A stretch of 64,000 nt of DNA, taken from contig JBHGNT010000020.1 in the NCBI GenBank assembly GCA_043228905.1, positions 10,726,001-10,790,000 of the forward strand, written 5' to 3'. The notes under the pieces were generated by a model. It saw only the letters and a list, made by a program, of their open reading frames with translations, searched no databases and was not told the origin of the DNA. Both the position numbers and the translations under genes were made by a program. Below, piece by piece: positions 24,710-37,734 of the stretch; position 1 is the stretch's first letter, and each line of letters opens with the position of its first letter. The stretch is from Azolla caroliniana (lineage: Eukaryota > Plantae > Polypodiophyta).

Positions 24710-26750
24710 CAATATTGGCTCATAATCATTTCTTGATATGTATGTTGAGCATAATTGATATACATTTGAACGTTCAATACATTATGCAATATATTTCTGC
24801 TTGCAATAAAACCATATTGAGATGTGTGAATAAATTGAGGTAAGAATTTCTTAAGTATATTGGATAATGTCTTTGGAAACACTTTGTATAGCCCTCTCAT
24901 CAATGAAATAGAACCCCGTTATGAAATGACTTGGGAGATAGTACCTTTGGTATCAATTTGATTAGGCCCCCCTTCCAACTCTCTGGTATGAAAACAAAAT
25001 CCCAACATTGTTGAAACACTTGCGTGAATGATCTCCTAAGATTTCAAGCATATTTATTAAAGACTTCATTCGTAATATCATCCTAATTAGAACTTTTACC
25101 ATTCCGAAGGTGTAACAATACCTTTTCTATCTCAGCTTCTTCAAAATCAACATCCAACTCTCGACAAATATTTGTATTCACGATACACCCAACTGCATTA
25201 TACTTTTTTTATATTGCTTTCAACATATCCTCATTAATAATTAACTCTAACTTCAATCAAATCCTTAAAATGAGAAATACATACCTCAATAACCTTGGTT
25301 GGGCTTGCAAATCTTATCACATATCTTAATTTGCATCATATTTGAACAAGCAAATGATGGTCATAATCTTTGGAAAATCATGTGAGTACTCGACTTTCAT
25401 AATAAAAAACATCCACATGGATCATTATACACTATGTAGACAAAAAAATCAGCAATAATCATGGCCATACCCGAATAATGATGTGATTAGTGACTTGCAT
25501 AATATGTGGAATATACAAACAAATGTATCACGAATCCTAATAAATCATGCCACTTATGTTCAATTGCACATAAAACTCTCATTCCTTGTTAAATAAAGTT
25601 TTCCATCACATATACTTCTTATGATGAGAAAAGCCCCTCACATACATATTCCATAATACCACTTTCAATTAACACCTGAGGTCGCACCATCCTTCATAAG
25701 GAATGAAATTGGTTAGACAATCTCTAATTTTGCACTTATTTTTGCCAAGGATTTCTCTTGAAACCTCCGTCATTCTCAAATTACCTTTTGGTAATGCATT
25801 GCCATTAATACTTATTGTCTCCCTTCACATGGAAACACCCTTCCTTTTATCTTATGTTGCAGTTAATGCCACTCTTGATCATCAACAAATTTTGGTTCTA
25901 CACTGGTATGCATTCTATTATTCTCCCTAACTAACACCTCCATGTCCATGAACTTTAGAATCACGCTCTAACCCATGAGATGTTCCCTCATCCATGACCA
26001 TATCAATTGTTGATAAGAAAAAAAATTCTCAATATATTCCTTATAGTTTTCTTTGACATGGTTTTTTTTGAATGGTACACCATGATATTTGCATTCAACT
26101 ATAAAATGCCCCAATTGATCACATTTTAAACAATGTTATGCACAAGTCTCCCATGGAAGCTTAAAATGAAATTGACAAAATAAAGATGTATCTATACTCA
26201 ACCATCCAAAAGTTTGCAAACTCATGTCTTATAATATGCAAAAATTCATTTCTTCAAGGAATTAGCATGGAGAGCAACCATAATTATAGCCAATTTGAGA
26301 CATCGATTCTAGCAATGATTCCCGAAAGAATTGAGTTATTACAATCAACAATCACCCAATTTGGACATTGTTATTTCAATAAATCATTACAGGCGACCAC
26401 ATAACCCATTCCATGACGTGCACTAATCTTATGTAAAAGAAAGATTTATACCTTTTGCCATCAAAGCAAAATGGTGTGATTACAATCGAAAAACCACATC
26501 ATAGAAACTTCTTGGATCCACACATATATGGTCAACAAATTAGGCATTATGGATGAATTCGATTACTATTTAATCCATGATAGTAAACGAAATTTAATTG
26601 TGAAATACAAAATGACACTGCGATCATAAGGCCTATCAAATATTGCCAACATTGACTTGGGTCTCCATCAAATTTTGTGTAATTCTAAACTCACGTATTA
26701 CTTCAACTTTCTTCTCTCAAATCCTTAGAGTTCTTTTTCTCTTAGAAGTG
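24710..26750 (-). mobile_element. Decayed L1 LINE (ORF1 zinc knuckle + N-part of RT), 3'-truncated
   Basis: CLKCDQLGHFIVEC knuckle near 26090-26135; YKVFPKTLSNILKKFLPQFIHTSQYGFIASRNILHNVL at 24709-24903. Confidence 0.7.
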
Positions 26751-26889
26751 CTTGAGAAAAGGACATAGCTATGGCAAGAGGGGAAAAAAACCCTAGCTCA
26801 GCAGATTGATCGATTCTTCATTGCCATGGCTGCAACCCGGGAAATAAAACCCTAGCTCAGCAGATTGATCGATTCTTCCATCACCATGG

Positions 26890-27486
26890 CTATGGCGGGA
26901 AAGGAAGATCATAGTGATGCAGTCCAAGATTCATACACTCCAGCCAGTGGAACGTCTCTGCGTTAGGGTTAACCTCCTTCACAATGGTGGCAACAGTAAC
27001 TTGAATCTGACCACGGAACGAAGAAACTCGCCCCCTCACTCGGAGCAGAGAACAAAGCTCGACTTTCTCAGCATCCGCAAACCCTAACTCCGCACAGACC
27101 TCGCTCTCTACAGATCTGGTGGATCTGTTCTTGATTGAATACCGATGATGGTTTGAATTACCGAAGAAATTGAGCCAGAGCACGCACGGAATACAACCTG
27201 TTCCATCGTCTAAGGAGAAGCGAAGGTAGCTCTCTTTTCTTTCTACGCTTACCACGAGCCCCAGGACTTCGACTCTGTATACTGGCCTTCCATTTCTGGA
27301 GAAAAGCTGCTGCTCCTTCCTCAACAGAGTGGAGGAAGAAGAAGAAGAAGAAGAAGAAGAAGATGATGATGATGATTGCAGGGAGAGGAGATCGAAGGCG
27401 AGAAGGTGGGCATGGCATGAATACATTGGATCCTGACGGTGATGATTCGGCTTGATTAGCCTTTCTCTGGCGCTCTCTGTCGCCAT
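26890..27486 (-). CDS. STN1: CST complex subunit STN1 (plant single-OB-fold type), intronless
   Basis: HAHLLAFDLLSL...FSRNGRPVYRVEVLGLVVS...YLRFSLDDGTGCIPCVLWLN...RVRGRVSSFRGQIQVTV...PNAETFHWLEC; contains a poly-Ser insertion. Confidence 0.9.
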   Translation of the reverse strand: MATESARERLIKPNHHRQDPMYSCHAHLLAFDLLSLQSSSSSSSSSSSSSSSTLLRKEQQLFSRNGRPVYRVEVLGLVVSVERKESYLRFSLDDGTGCIPCVLWLNFFGNSNHHRYSIKNRSTRSVESEVCAELGFADAEKVELCSLLRVRGRVSSFRGQIQVTVATIVKEVNPNAETFHWLECMNLGLHHYDLPFPP

Positions 27487-27697
27487 GGCCAGAGGCTTGG
27501 CAGTTCCGTTCTAAACACAAGACAAATAATTCATGCCATTCCTTCTTAAAAAAAGACCATATAAAAATTTGAGTCCCTGTGTAACACACAACACAACATA
27601 TAATCAGTGTATGTATGTATTGTATCTATGTACTTCCATGTGAGTGTTTGATAAATAAAAGAGTAACCAAATCCCCCTGTTTTTTGGTTGGGTCATA

Positions 27698-28840
27698 TAC
27701 ATATGTACATAACTCAAAACCGCGGTTTCGCGGCTTAAGTTCCATAGTACGTAAAATTCGTGTTCGTCTAGCATAACATTCGTTTTCCTACATAGGAAAA
27801 ACGAATGCGAATGTTATTCAAACATTCTCGTGTTTTTTTTCCCACCCACTTTTTTAAAGGTTTTGTTTTTGTTTTTTTTCCAATTTTTAGGCTTATTTAC
27901 CTCATAATAAATAGTTAATCCAAAAGTATGTTATTTATCTTTCTTTGAGGGTGTTTTCCTTACATGAATGATTGAAAAAACATTCTTGAATGCGAATGCA
28001 CGTATGGTTCATACTATGGGCTCAACCACTTAACGGTTTAAACGGTTTCACTTCGGTTCGAGGGTTTAAAGGTTCAGTTCGAGCCTTTTATCGGTTTAAA
28101 CTTTAAATTGTTTGAAACCGCGGCTCAAACGGTTTGACGGTTTAAGATTGACACTCGATAATTTTCTCAAATATATTTTGGAACATTTTAAGCCTAATTT
28201 TGATCTTTTAAGGAAAATCTCTAAATTTTGACTTCGGTTCGAGGGTTGAAAGGTTCAATTCGAGCCTTTGTCGGTTTAAATTGTTTGAAACCGTGGCGCA
28301 CACGGTTTGACGGTTTATGATTGACACTTCGATAATTTTTTCAAATATATTTTTGAACATTTTAAGCCTAATTTTGATCTTTTACGAAAAATCTCTAAAT
28401 TTTGACTTCGGTTCAAGGGTTTAAAGGCAAGCATTTATCGGTAAAAATTGTTTGAAACCGCGGCTCAAACAATTTGACGTTTTAAGATTGACACTTTGAT
28501 CATTTTCTCAAATATATTTTTGACCATTTTAAGCCTAATTTTGATCTTTTAAGAAAAATCTCAAATTTTCAAATTACAAATATTACAAATATTTTAAATT
28601 AAAATGTGAGATTTTTAATTCTGACCAAACTTTAAAAGCAAAACTAAACCGGGAACCGTGGTTTTTATGGTTTAAAGGTTTGAAAGTCTCTCAAACCGTT
28701 TGGTTTGAGCTTGAATTTTTTTTAATACAATTTCGGTTGAAATGGTTTCATGGTTTGGTTCGGTTTGCTTCAAATTTAGTTTCTGTTTTTTAAAACGGTT
28801 TGAGTTTGACACTATCGAATCAAACCGTTGCCAATTGCTA
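27698..28840. mobile_element. hAT-type non-autonomous element with an internal ~175-180-bp triplication
   Basis: 8-bp TSD GGGTCATA (27690-27697, 28841-28848); right TIR AACCGTTGCCAATTGCTA; three tandem units beginning CTTCGGTTC at ~28050, ~28231 and ~28406. Left TIR eroded. Confidence 0.7.
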
Positions 28841-30403
28841 GGGTCATAATATCACTTGAAACCCTAAACCCTAGAGTATTTCATTGAAGAGGATGACAAG
28901 AGATGTGAAATCAACGCTTAATTCATTGGGAAACTAACGCCTCAACAAATACCACATAAATTGCGTTGCATTGTCTCTATGTTGACACCAACCACAAAAG
29001 ACCAAATGCAAAGAGTATGTATGTTATAGATATAAAAAAACAAGCAAGCAAGAGGGGGGAAAAGAGACATGTGAGAGTGACGGAAAGGCATACTAGATTA
29101 TTGATTGGGAACTTTTGCGAAACTATTGTATGATAAAGTATTGATTGGGAACTTTTGCTTGGTTATGATTGTTACTCAAGAAACCATGGATGAAAGCAAG
29201 ATTGAGAATAAAAAGCGTGATAAAAAAAACCAACAATTGTGTACATAGGGACCCACAAAAGTGTACCCAATGAAGAACATATAAATTTTACCCTCCTAGT
29301 GAGCAACAATGAGGTATGTATATCACTTATATTTTTAGACCATAAATTTGATTGAATAAGGGTTTCTTAAGTTGGATGTACAAATTTGGTTGCACATGAA
29401 TGTTCGAAGTTTTATGCCTTCCAATTTGCACAATCCAGAGGGATATGGAGTCACCTAGATAGATGTATGTGATGCATGATGGTTCCTATATACTAACATC
29501 ACTCGGTGTCATAATTCTACACTATATGGGATTTTCAAACCATTCCCTTTTAGTTTGGAGATTCACAATCTACAACTCACATGTACAAATCCTTATTTGG
29601 CAAGCCCTCGCCACGCTTTGACTCTTCTCTTGCTTCAATCTCACTTTTGATTCTCTCATGGAACAAACTTTGGTGAACTTCTCTACAAGGAGTGGATAAC
29701 AATGGAGTAGAGGCATAAGATATAATTCTATGAAACATTAAGATCCTCTCCAGGGAGAAGGTATTATTAACACATTCACCATTAGGTGAGAAGCTTTTGA
29801 ATATCCATAGTCCTTTCCAAGACATTTTTTCGTAATTGCAAATTGCAATGTCAAGGTTATCATCATGATAAGATATAATGACATATTCAAGGTCAATCTC
29901 ATGAGTCTTTTCAAGCACTACATATTGTTTATGCCTGATTTATATGGTACATATGAAACAATAGGGAGGGTGGGGGGAGGAGAGATTTTATGGTGGATCT
30001 GACTAAAATAATTGAGCTTTGTGAACCAGTTCGAGGTTGGTTTGGCAAGGCTCAAGCCGAACTGAATTGGATTGGATAGGGTGAAACCGGTTAAGGCTAA
30101 ACGGTTCGTCCAAACCGGTTTGGTTGAAAGGTTGAAAACTTCTAAACCGGTTAAGGCTTGAACAGCTTTGGCAAGGCCTTGTGAGCCGTGACCCCCCCAA
30201 ATAAGAAAGAAGAAGAAAAAGACGCAAAGGCCTTTTTCTTTCTTCTTTCCTTCATATTTATTTCAAAATTCAAATTCAAATTCAAATCGCTCGCTCATGA
30301 GATACGAGAGTTTCCGCTTCAAATGTTTTTCGAAAAATTAATTACTTAATTAATTGACCTCCTCCTCATTCCTGCATTTCTCTGAGAGGGTCACTCGCCT
30401 TCT

Positions 30404-30437
30404 AACCCTAACCCTAACCCTAACCCTAACCCTAACC
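30404..30437. repeat. (CCCTAA)5+ hexamer telomere-like tract in the reticulon promoter
   Basis: CTAACCCTAACCCTAACCCTAACCCTAACCCTAACC. Confidence 0.9.
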
Positions 30438-30757
30438 ATCTCTCCCCCTCCCTCTCTCACACACACACAAACAAACACACACACACAGTGACGCATCAGC
30501 AAAGCAAAACTAAGCAGAAGCATGCACTAGAAAGACGAAGGTGAAGAAGACGCAAGAGGAGAGAGGCTCGCAGTCGAAGAAATTCAAGCAGAAGAAGCAA
30601 CATCATCATCAGCAGCAGCAGAAGAAGAAGAAGTAGAAGAAGAGGAAGAAGAAGAAGAAGGAGAAGAAGAAGAAGAAGAAGAAGGAGAAGAAGAAGAAGA
30701 AGAGGAGAAGAAGGAGAAGAAGAAGAAGAAAACATAAATTCATCGACTTCTGCTCCA

Positions 30758-33700
30758 ATGCTTAGTACCTCACCCGCTCTCCTCTACAAGCTCCAGCGAG
30801 CAGAGCTTCTCGAAGATGGATCCTCCGTCGAGCCAACTGCTAGAAACTCTCGAAGATCCATTTCTCCATTCCGAGCATCTCTAACAAAAACGTTGACAAA
30901 ATCAACAACGGACATGGTTTCATCATCATCAACCTTGCTGCAAGATGTGGACTTCCAAAAATCCATGGAACCTATGGTTCATAACATCACTAAAAACACA
31001 GAAACAAACCCTACTAATCAGGTCTTTAATGAAGAAGAAGAAGAAGAAAATCTGCTCTCTGATCAACGTCCAAAACAGAAAGCTTTCTCTACCTTCCTCA
31101 GGAAGAAAGCTGAAGCAGCAGAATCTTCTGTGTTGAAGATTGCTTCTTCTTCTTATTCCTCTTCTTCAAAGAGTAAGGCAGAACCTGGGCAAATCGAAAA
31201 GAATTCTCAGCGCGTTAAGAGTCCGTTTAGACGAAGAAATGTTAAGCTCTCTGGAGTCCTCATTGATGAGGAAGAAGCATTGCCTGTGACAAATACTTTG
31301 CCTAATTCCTCTACTACATCAGATGCAGGCAAAACAGATTCTCAATTGCCGCATAAAACGTTTTCTATGTTTACACTCAGACAAGGAAACAAGAAATCTG
31401 AAGCTTTGGAAGTTTCTGTTTCATCTATTCACTCATCAGAACCTCCCCAAGCTGAAATAAATGCCATACGTCATAAGAGCCCTTTCAGATCAAGAAATGC
31501 TAAGCTCTCTGGAGCCACCATTTCCCAAGGAGAGGCTTTGCCCGTGTCAAATACTATACCTGCTGCTTCTGCAACAGTAGAGATATTATCACATATGGAT
31601 GAAGAAATGACAAATTCTCAACCCTCACAGAAAGTTTTCTCTATGTTTGCTCTTAAACCAGCAACCAGGAAATCTGAAGCCAATCAAGAAGCTCCTGCTT
31701 TGCCTCCCAACTCATCAGAACTTCCTCAAGGTGTAAAAAATTCTCAACGCTATAAGAGTCCATTTAGATCTAGGAAGAGTAAGAACACCATGGATCAAGA
31801 AGAATCCTTGCTCGTGTCAAATGATATACCTGCTCCAGCAGAGACAATAAAATTGCAAGACAGTTGTAAAACTTCAAAAAGATCACAAAAGGCCTTAGAT
31901 AATATTACTATAGAAGACACAACTACGATTCAGAAGAAGTCAAGTAGAAGCTCCATGAGAAAGGCAAGATCTGAGAGCCCTGCAGAGGTAAGAGAAACAG
32001 ACATGAGGGTGGTGATGGAAAGGAAAAGAGGGAACAGAACGGTTCATACATCATCATGCACAAATAAACAAAATGCTTCTGAATTAGTGTATGCAGAAGA
32101 GAATAATTTTCCTCGGAGTCATCATGGGAACCTTCATCGTTCTCATCAACACAGACATCCATCCTCCTCCAGAGGATTAGAAAGCTATGTAGATGAATCT
32201 CCTTCACCATCTAGAAGACCAAATATTGGTATGCATTATGGCTTCTTTGCTGTGGAGTAATGATGTGTTTTCTTCATCTTCATTTCCACACAATATAGGA
32301 ATGATTTATCTTTATTTCTACACAACATTAGACACGTTGTTTTGTTTCCTAGTGCTTGCTCACCGTATATATATGATTTGACTTTATTTGTAACGCTCAA
32401 TATGATGATGTTTGGAAGAATATCCATGACATGTGAATATATTCTGTTTGTTGCTATTTCTCATATACCAGATATCTCTTTTTCGGCAGTCAAAACAGCA
32501 AGTACAGGTATAATTGTGCTTCATTTGGACACTTTGTAGTGTGATTTGCTGCTTTCACGAAATTATGTAGCAGAGCTTTATTTTGATCTTTTACTTCTGG
32601 TGTGCGTTGGTATTAATCATGCTTTCAGAGGCTTCTCCCTCAACATTCAGAAGAGCCAGTATAGGTATGATTTGGTTTCTTGTATATTCAGTTTATTCTT
32701 ATTTTTTGAAAGCTTATGTTGATCTTGACATGTTCTAGTACTCTTACATGCAGACGCAAGAACAAGAGACAGTTCAGAATGGCTGAGATTTATGGGTACA
32801 TATACATCTCTGTTACATGTTGATAAAACCCTCCATTATCTTCTTTCTGAAGTAGGAATATAAAACACTAAATATAATGAACACTGCCCTTCTCGTTCAT
32901 GCATGGAGTAAGAAATATGCATTTCCCTGTTTATGAACTAAAAATATGTGGCGTTTTCACAATAAAAACTAGGCTTGAACCATGACCTTAGAGCTCCAAA
33001 CCATGGATCTAGACTTTGTTCAACCCTTAATCATTACGTAGCATTTAGCAATGAAGTCTGTAATCAGTAATGATCAGTAGAGGGATCTAAAGCCTCTCAT
33101 AAATAAAGGCCATGGTTCTACATTCTGCTTTGGGTGCATAACCTCTAGGTCTTCATGTTGTAGGAGACATCACATTGTGCTTTATTAGCATGTATTACCT
33201 TGTTCTCATGTTGCTGTTTGAGAAAGCATGTTGTGCTTCAGCTTGCAATATCTTATCCTTTGTGTTGTTGTAGGTGACATTGTCATGTGGAGACATGTTC
33301 CTCGCTCAGCTTTCTTATTTGGATTTGGCCTTTTTATCATTATGTCTGCTTCTCGCCTGCAAACTAGTGAATTCAGGTGAGATCCGAGGGAAAAACATCT
33401 AAAAATCAATTTTTCTGTAAATAACATGCTATAATAACTTTCTCTCTCCTTCTTGCAGTGTAGTATCAATGATTGCATATGCATCTTTGGCATACTTGGC
33501 TGCTACATACATCAAGTCTGTTTTTCTGAGAGGGTAGATTCTCTGAACCAAGAAGTCTCACTTCATTTTCTGTGTCATGAATATGCCATTTTGAGTCATC
33601 AAAATTGTTTCTGTTTCTGTTTTCAACAGTGGAACTCCACTTTCCCCCTATATGCTTACTGAAGCTGATGCATTAAAGCTGATAAGACTATTGTTGCCTC

Positions 33701-35578
33701 CTCTCAATTCAATTTTATTGAAGATGGGAGAGATCTTCTCAGGAGAACCAACAGTGACACTGAAGGTTCTTCTTTCTTCCTGGATATGCATCCTTTTCTA
33801 AGAAAAAGCTGGAGTTATTCACACGACCTTGTCATTATGTGTTTTATCTATCATATCTACATGCTCCTGAACCCTATATAATAAAATCACAATCTAATGA
33901 TATTAACACTCTCTTGAGCTCATTGGTAACATAATTTCTAGTTCTTAGTTATTGATTTACCTTAGAAAACACTTGATATTTGATCATGTACTAGGTTTAC
34001 ATAGTGCCATCATTATTTTTCTTCAATTGCCTTAAGGTTTCACATTAGTATCTTTAGGTTCAATTAGCAACACTCACTTTTAATCTTTATCCAGGTCGCT
34101 GCAGCTCTTTGGTTACTTGCTCAATTTGGATCTAGGCTGAATGTATGGACTCTTACAAGAATTGGTAAGAGGTTCTCTTCTCTTCTTTTTTGTTGATGAT
34201 TAATATTACTGAAGGAAATTGAGCCAGATTGAATTGAGATTTGTAAACTTATGTTAAATTAACTTCTCCATGTGTTTTAGCTTCATTATGTCTAGCTATA
34301 ATTAAGATAAGAGAACCATTACTTATGAGAGCTCACATGCACCTATCTTTGTAACCTGAGGTCTATTGTGGATCACAACTATCAGTTAGTTGGTCTAGCT
34401 TCTTCAACCTATATGAGAAGAATCTTGCCGTAATAACAAGTATTCTATACCCCAATACTATATTTATTGTTTAATCTTGCTTAACTATTGTAAGATACTA
34501 ATACACATGCATAATACATAATTGGCTTTAGCATTTCAGTCATTATTATAGACAGTCTGCCTATATTCTAACGATTGGCATTTACTTCAACAATTTTGAA
34601 CCTAACTAGCTAAGCGTGTGTTGTCTCCATGATCAGCATACTTTGCAGTTTTCACACTCCCAAAATGCTATTCAAGCTACAATGAACACATTGAGAGGCA
34701 AAGTAAGGCATTGCCTTTATATTTTGTAGCATGTTGATATGGCTATTCTTTTTAGGCAAACATCTAACATGTTCTTATGTGCATATGCAACAGACAGTCT
34801 TCTGTTAGCTTGGGCAAGGACTAAGTGGAGTGCTTGTGGTCGTAAGAAAGTAGTGTTGGCACTCATGCTAATTGTCGCATGGAGTTTGTCATCTGTGCCA
34901 ACTCGTATTTGTGGTGGTAGGAGCCGTGCCCCTCTAAGATTTTACAGCATTACTACGGGTTTTTTTTTATGAGGAATGTAAACTCTAAAGTCTTATATAC
35001 CAAAAACGGATGACTTGTTTAACTCTCACATACCATTTAGGAATGTTAATATGTTTCATATTTTTGTGCAGCCTTCTTTGCTGGTGATAGCTATTAAGGC
35101 TTATTACCAGTGCTATAATTTTGATTGGATAATGCTCATTGATTCTTTTATACTCGTTTTTAGAAATTTAGTAGCTGCCATGTTTATTAAAACATGAAAA
35201 TAGTCATTCATTTATACAGATTTCTACATGAGATGATGTTTCTAATACATTTTCATAATTTAGAATGTGAAAAACTAGGCATTACGTTGATAGCTTTTCA
35301 AATCGACAAGTCTATTATAATTAACCATGGAAAACCAGATATTGGCTTAGTAGATTTGTAAACGAGACAAGACTATTAAAGCCAGTAGAATATATGTACC
35401 ATTATCTGGAAGGTAATATGATTGGTAATGTGTTTTCTTGTTTTGTGCAGTCTTCTTAACGATTGTAGCAATAAAGGCTTATTGGAATGTTGTTAGAGAA
35501 AGTGGTCTTCTACAACGGAGCTCCAACATTCTCAACTTTGGTAAGTTTGGAAACCAGATGACTTCCACAGCTATTTGA
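30758..35578 (+). CDS. Reticulon-like protein, RTNLB17/18/21 subgroup with a long N-terminal extension
   Basis: Exons ~30758-32228, 32629-32664, 32754-32795, 33274-33376, 33459-33533, 33630-33765, 34095-34164, 34637-34702, 34794-34916, 35451-35578. Reticulon domain GDIVMWRHVPRSAFLFGFG...IFSGEPTVTLKVAAALWLLA...FTLPKCYSSY...WSACGRKK. Confidence 0.85.
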
Positions 35579-36963
35579 TGCTGTCTTAATCTCAAATAAG
35601 ATGTATATATACACAACCTCAAGATTGGTACATATTTATCTTTGGAGGGAGGATGAAAAGACCTTTGCTTTCTTGGCCTTTTGGTACAAGTTTTGTCCCG
35701 CAGGAAAGGAACACCTTCAATGGGAAATCTTCTTTTGGCCTTGTTCCCTATTGTTACTTTATTAAATGTGGATGGATTTGTGGAAAATCACATTTTAATT
35801 AGTCATGAGACATTGGAGGCCTCCTTTGACATCGTTCTTGAAGCTAAATATGTAGAAATGGTATGAGTTGCCATCTTCAATTCTTTCTCAGGCACATTTG
35901 CAAACCTACGTTAATTTTTTTGGGCTCTTTTGTGTTTATACTGGTGGATAAAGCCAATGACCTAAAATTTGGCGTTTTTGGCTATCTTTAACTTAGTATG
36001 AAGTCTGCAGTGACTTCATGTCCATCAATGGTTAGTGTTAGGATCGTTATCTTGTCCATTAGGAACCTAAGAACCATTGATTCATAGTGCAAGTCTCTAC
36101 ATATTTGCCTAAACTCAATTACTGACATATTTGCTATATATACATATATAAGCTGCACATACAATTATTGTAAAGAAAATTGTAGTGTCCTGTGGTTTTA
36201 GAAGGATTCTGATGTATCTGGTTTATTGAGCTTCTTTTTAATACCTAATTTCAATATTCATGTTTGGTATGAGCTGTTTGATTTGTGGTTGTGAGTTGTT
36301 ACACTAAGAAATGGGTGACTATTTGGGCTTGTCAAAACTAACTCCTGTCAGCTGTTAAATTGGTAGGAGGTGATTTTGTACAATTCATGAGCTTGCACCA
36401 ATAATACATATTGTGACATGGTAAATTTGACATTAATTGTTGTGTATGTATTCTTTAGAGATTGTTCAACATTTCAAACATATGTGCTCCAAGTCCAAAG
36501 GCTGTCTCCATATCATTGACATTTTGTTTGTGTGTAAGGTTTAGGGTGATGAAGTGACTCTACCTTCCAAAAGTGTGTTACAATTACCAGCATCAAAGCT
36601 TTTGTCTTTGATGGGATGGCATTAAAAATCACTTGATTCTTAGATGAGTCTACAATACCTTGTTTAGGGTTTAATATATCCTTGCTGTAATGGTGTATTT
36701 CAAGTATTGTGACTATTGTTAATATAGCCTTGTCTTCAACATTGATAAAGGTTAACACAAGTCCCAATGAATAAGGCCATCTTTTGAATAAGGCATTGAT
36801 AAATGGCAAAAGGCCATGGAATCTGGAGTGCCCTTACATTATAGCATGGCAAAGGCCAAACAATACTTGAAGGGATCAACCTCCTCCTACTCTTCATCAA
36901 TTGCAGACACCACCAAATCTTTGTCGAATGTTGCGGAGTATGATGATGCATAATCATGGTCAT

Positions 36964-37734
36964 CATCAGACAATGAAGTCATAAAATCAGAGTCATGGGA
37001 ATTCCTCCTATGAGTAGAACATTGAAACTTGATAGTAGGCTATGTTTATTTTCTGAAAAAGATGTGGTTGATTGGAGTATAAAATGTCAATATCTTGTGT
37101 TCACAATGTGATTAGTCTGTGATCAAAACGAGAGTGAGTGATTGTATATCAAAACTCTATGATTACAGTGATTAATTCCAAGCTAGTCACATGTTAATAT
37201 AGGATTATTAATTTTGATGTTGACAAAACAAACATTACAAGTAGTTGGCGGTTGGCGGTTGGTGGTTGGGTGACCTCATTTTAAAGTTGGGCAACCTTGT
37301 GATTAAGTTGAGCGATTTGATTATTAAGTTAAACATTTGAGTTGGGCGACTTCATCAGACAATGAAGTCATAAAATCAGAGTCATGGGAATTCCTCCTAT
37401 GAGTAGAACATTGAAACTTGATAGTAGGCTATGTTTATTTTCTGAAAAAGATGTGGTTGATTGGAGTATAAAATGTCAATATCTTGTGTTCACAATGTGA
37501 TTAGTCTGTGATCAAAACGAGAGTGAGTGATTGTATATCAAAACTCTATGATTACAATGATTAATTCCAAGCTAGAGTCACATGTTAATATAGGATTATT
37601 AATTTTGATGTTGACAAAACAAACATTACAAGTAGTTGGCGGTTGGCGGTTGGTGGTTGGGTGACCTCATTTTAAAGTTGGGCAACCTTGTGATTAAGTT
37701 GAGCGATTTGATTATTAAGTTAAACATTTGAGTT
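36964..37734 (+). repeat. Near-perfect tandem duplication of ~389 bp
   Basis: CATCAGACAATGAAGTCATAAAATC... starts at 36964 and 37353; followed by AAGTTGGGCGAC-like short repeats to ~37910. Confidence 0.9.

Noticed and set aside
30380-30500. Possible telomerase RNA gene (CTAACCCTAAC template-like sequence near STN1)
   Set aside because: Five or more full repeats rather than a ~1.5-repeat template, no recognisable USE/TATA Pol III promoter, and it sits in a protein-gene promoter.
30496-30735. Poly-Leu ORF (similar artefacts at 27158-27589 and 59436-59783)
   Set aside because: Translations of (GAA)n UTR microsatellites or shadow frames of real genes.
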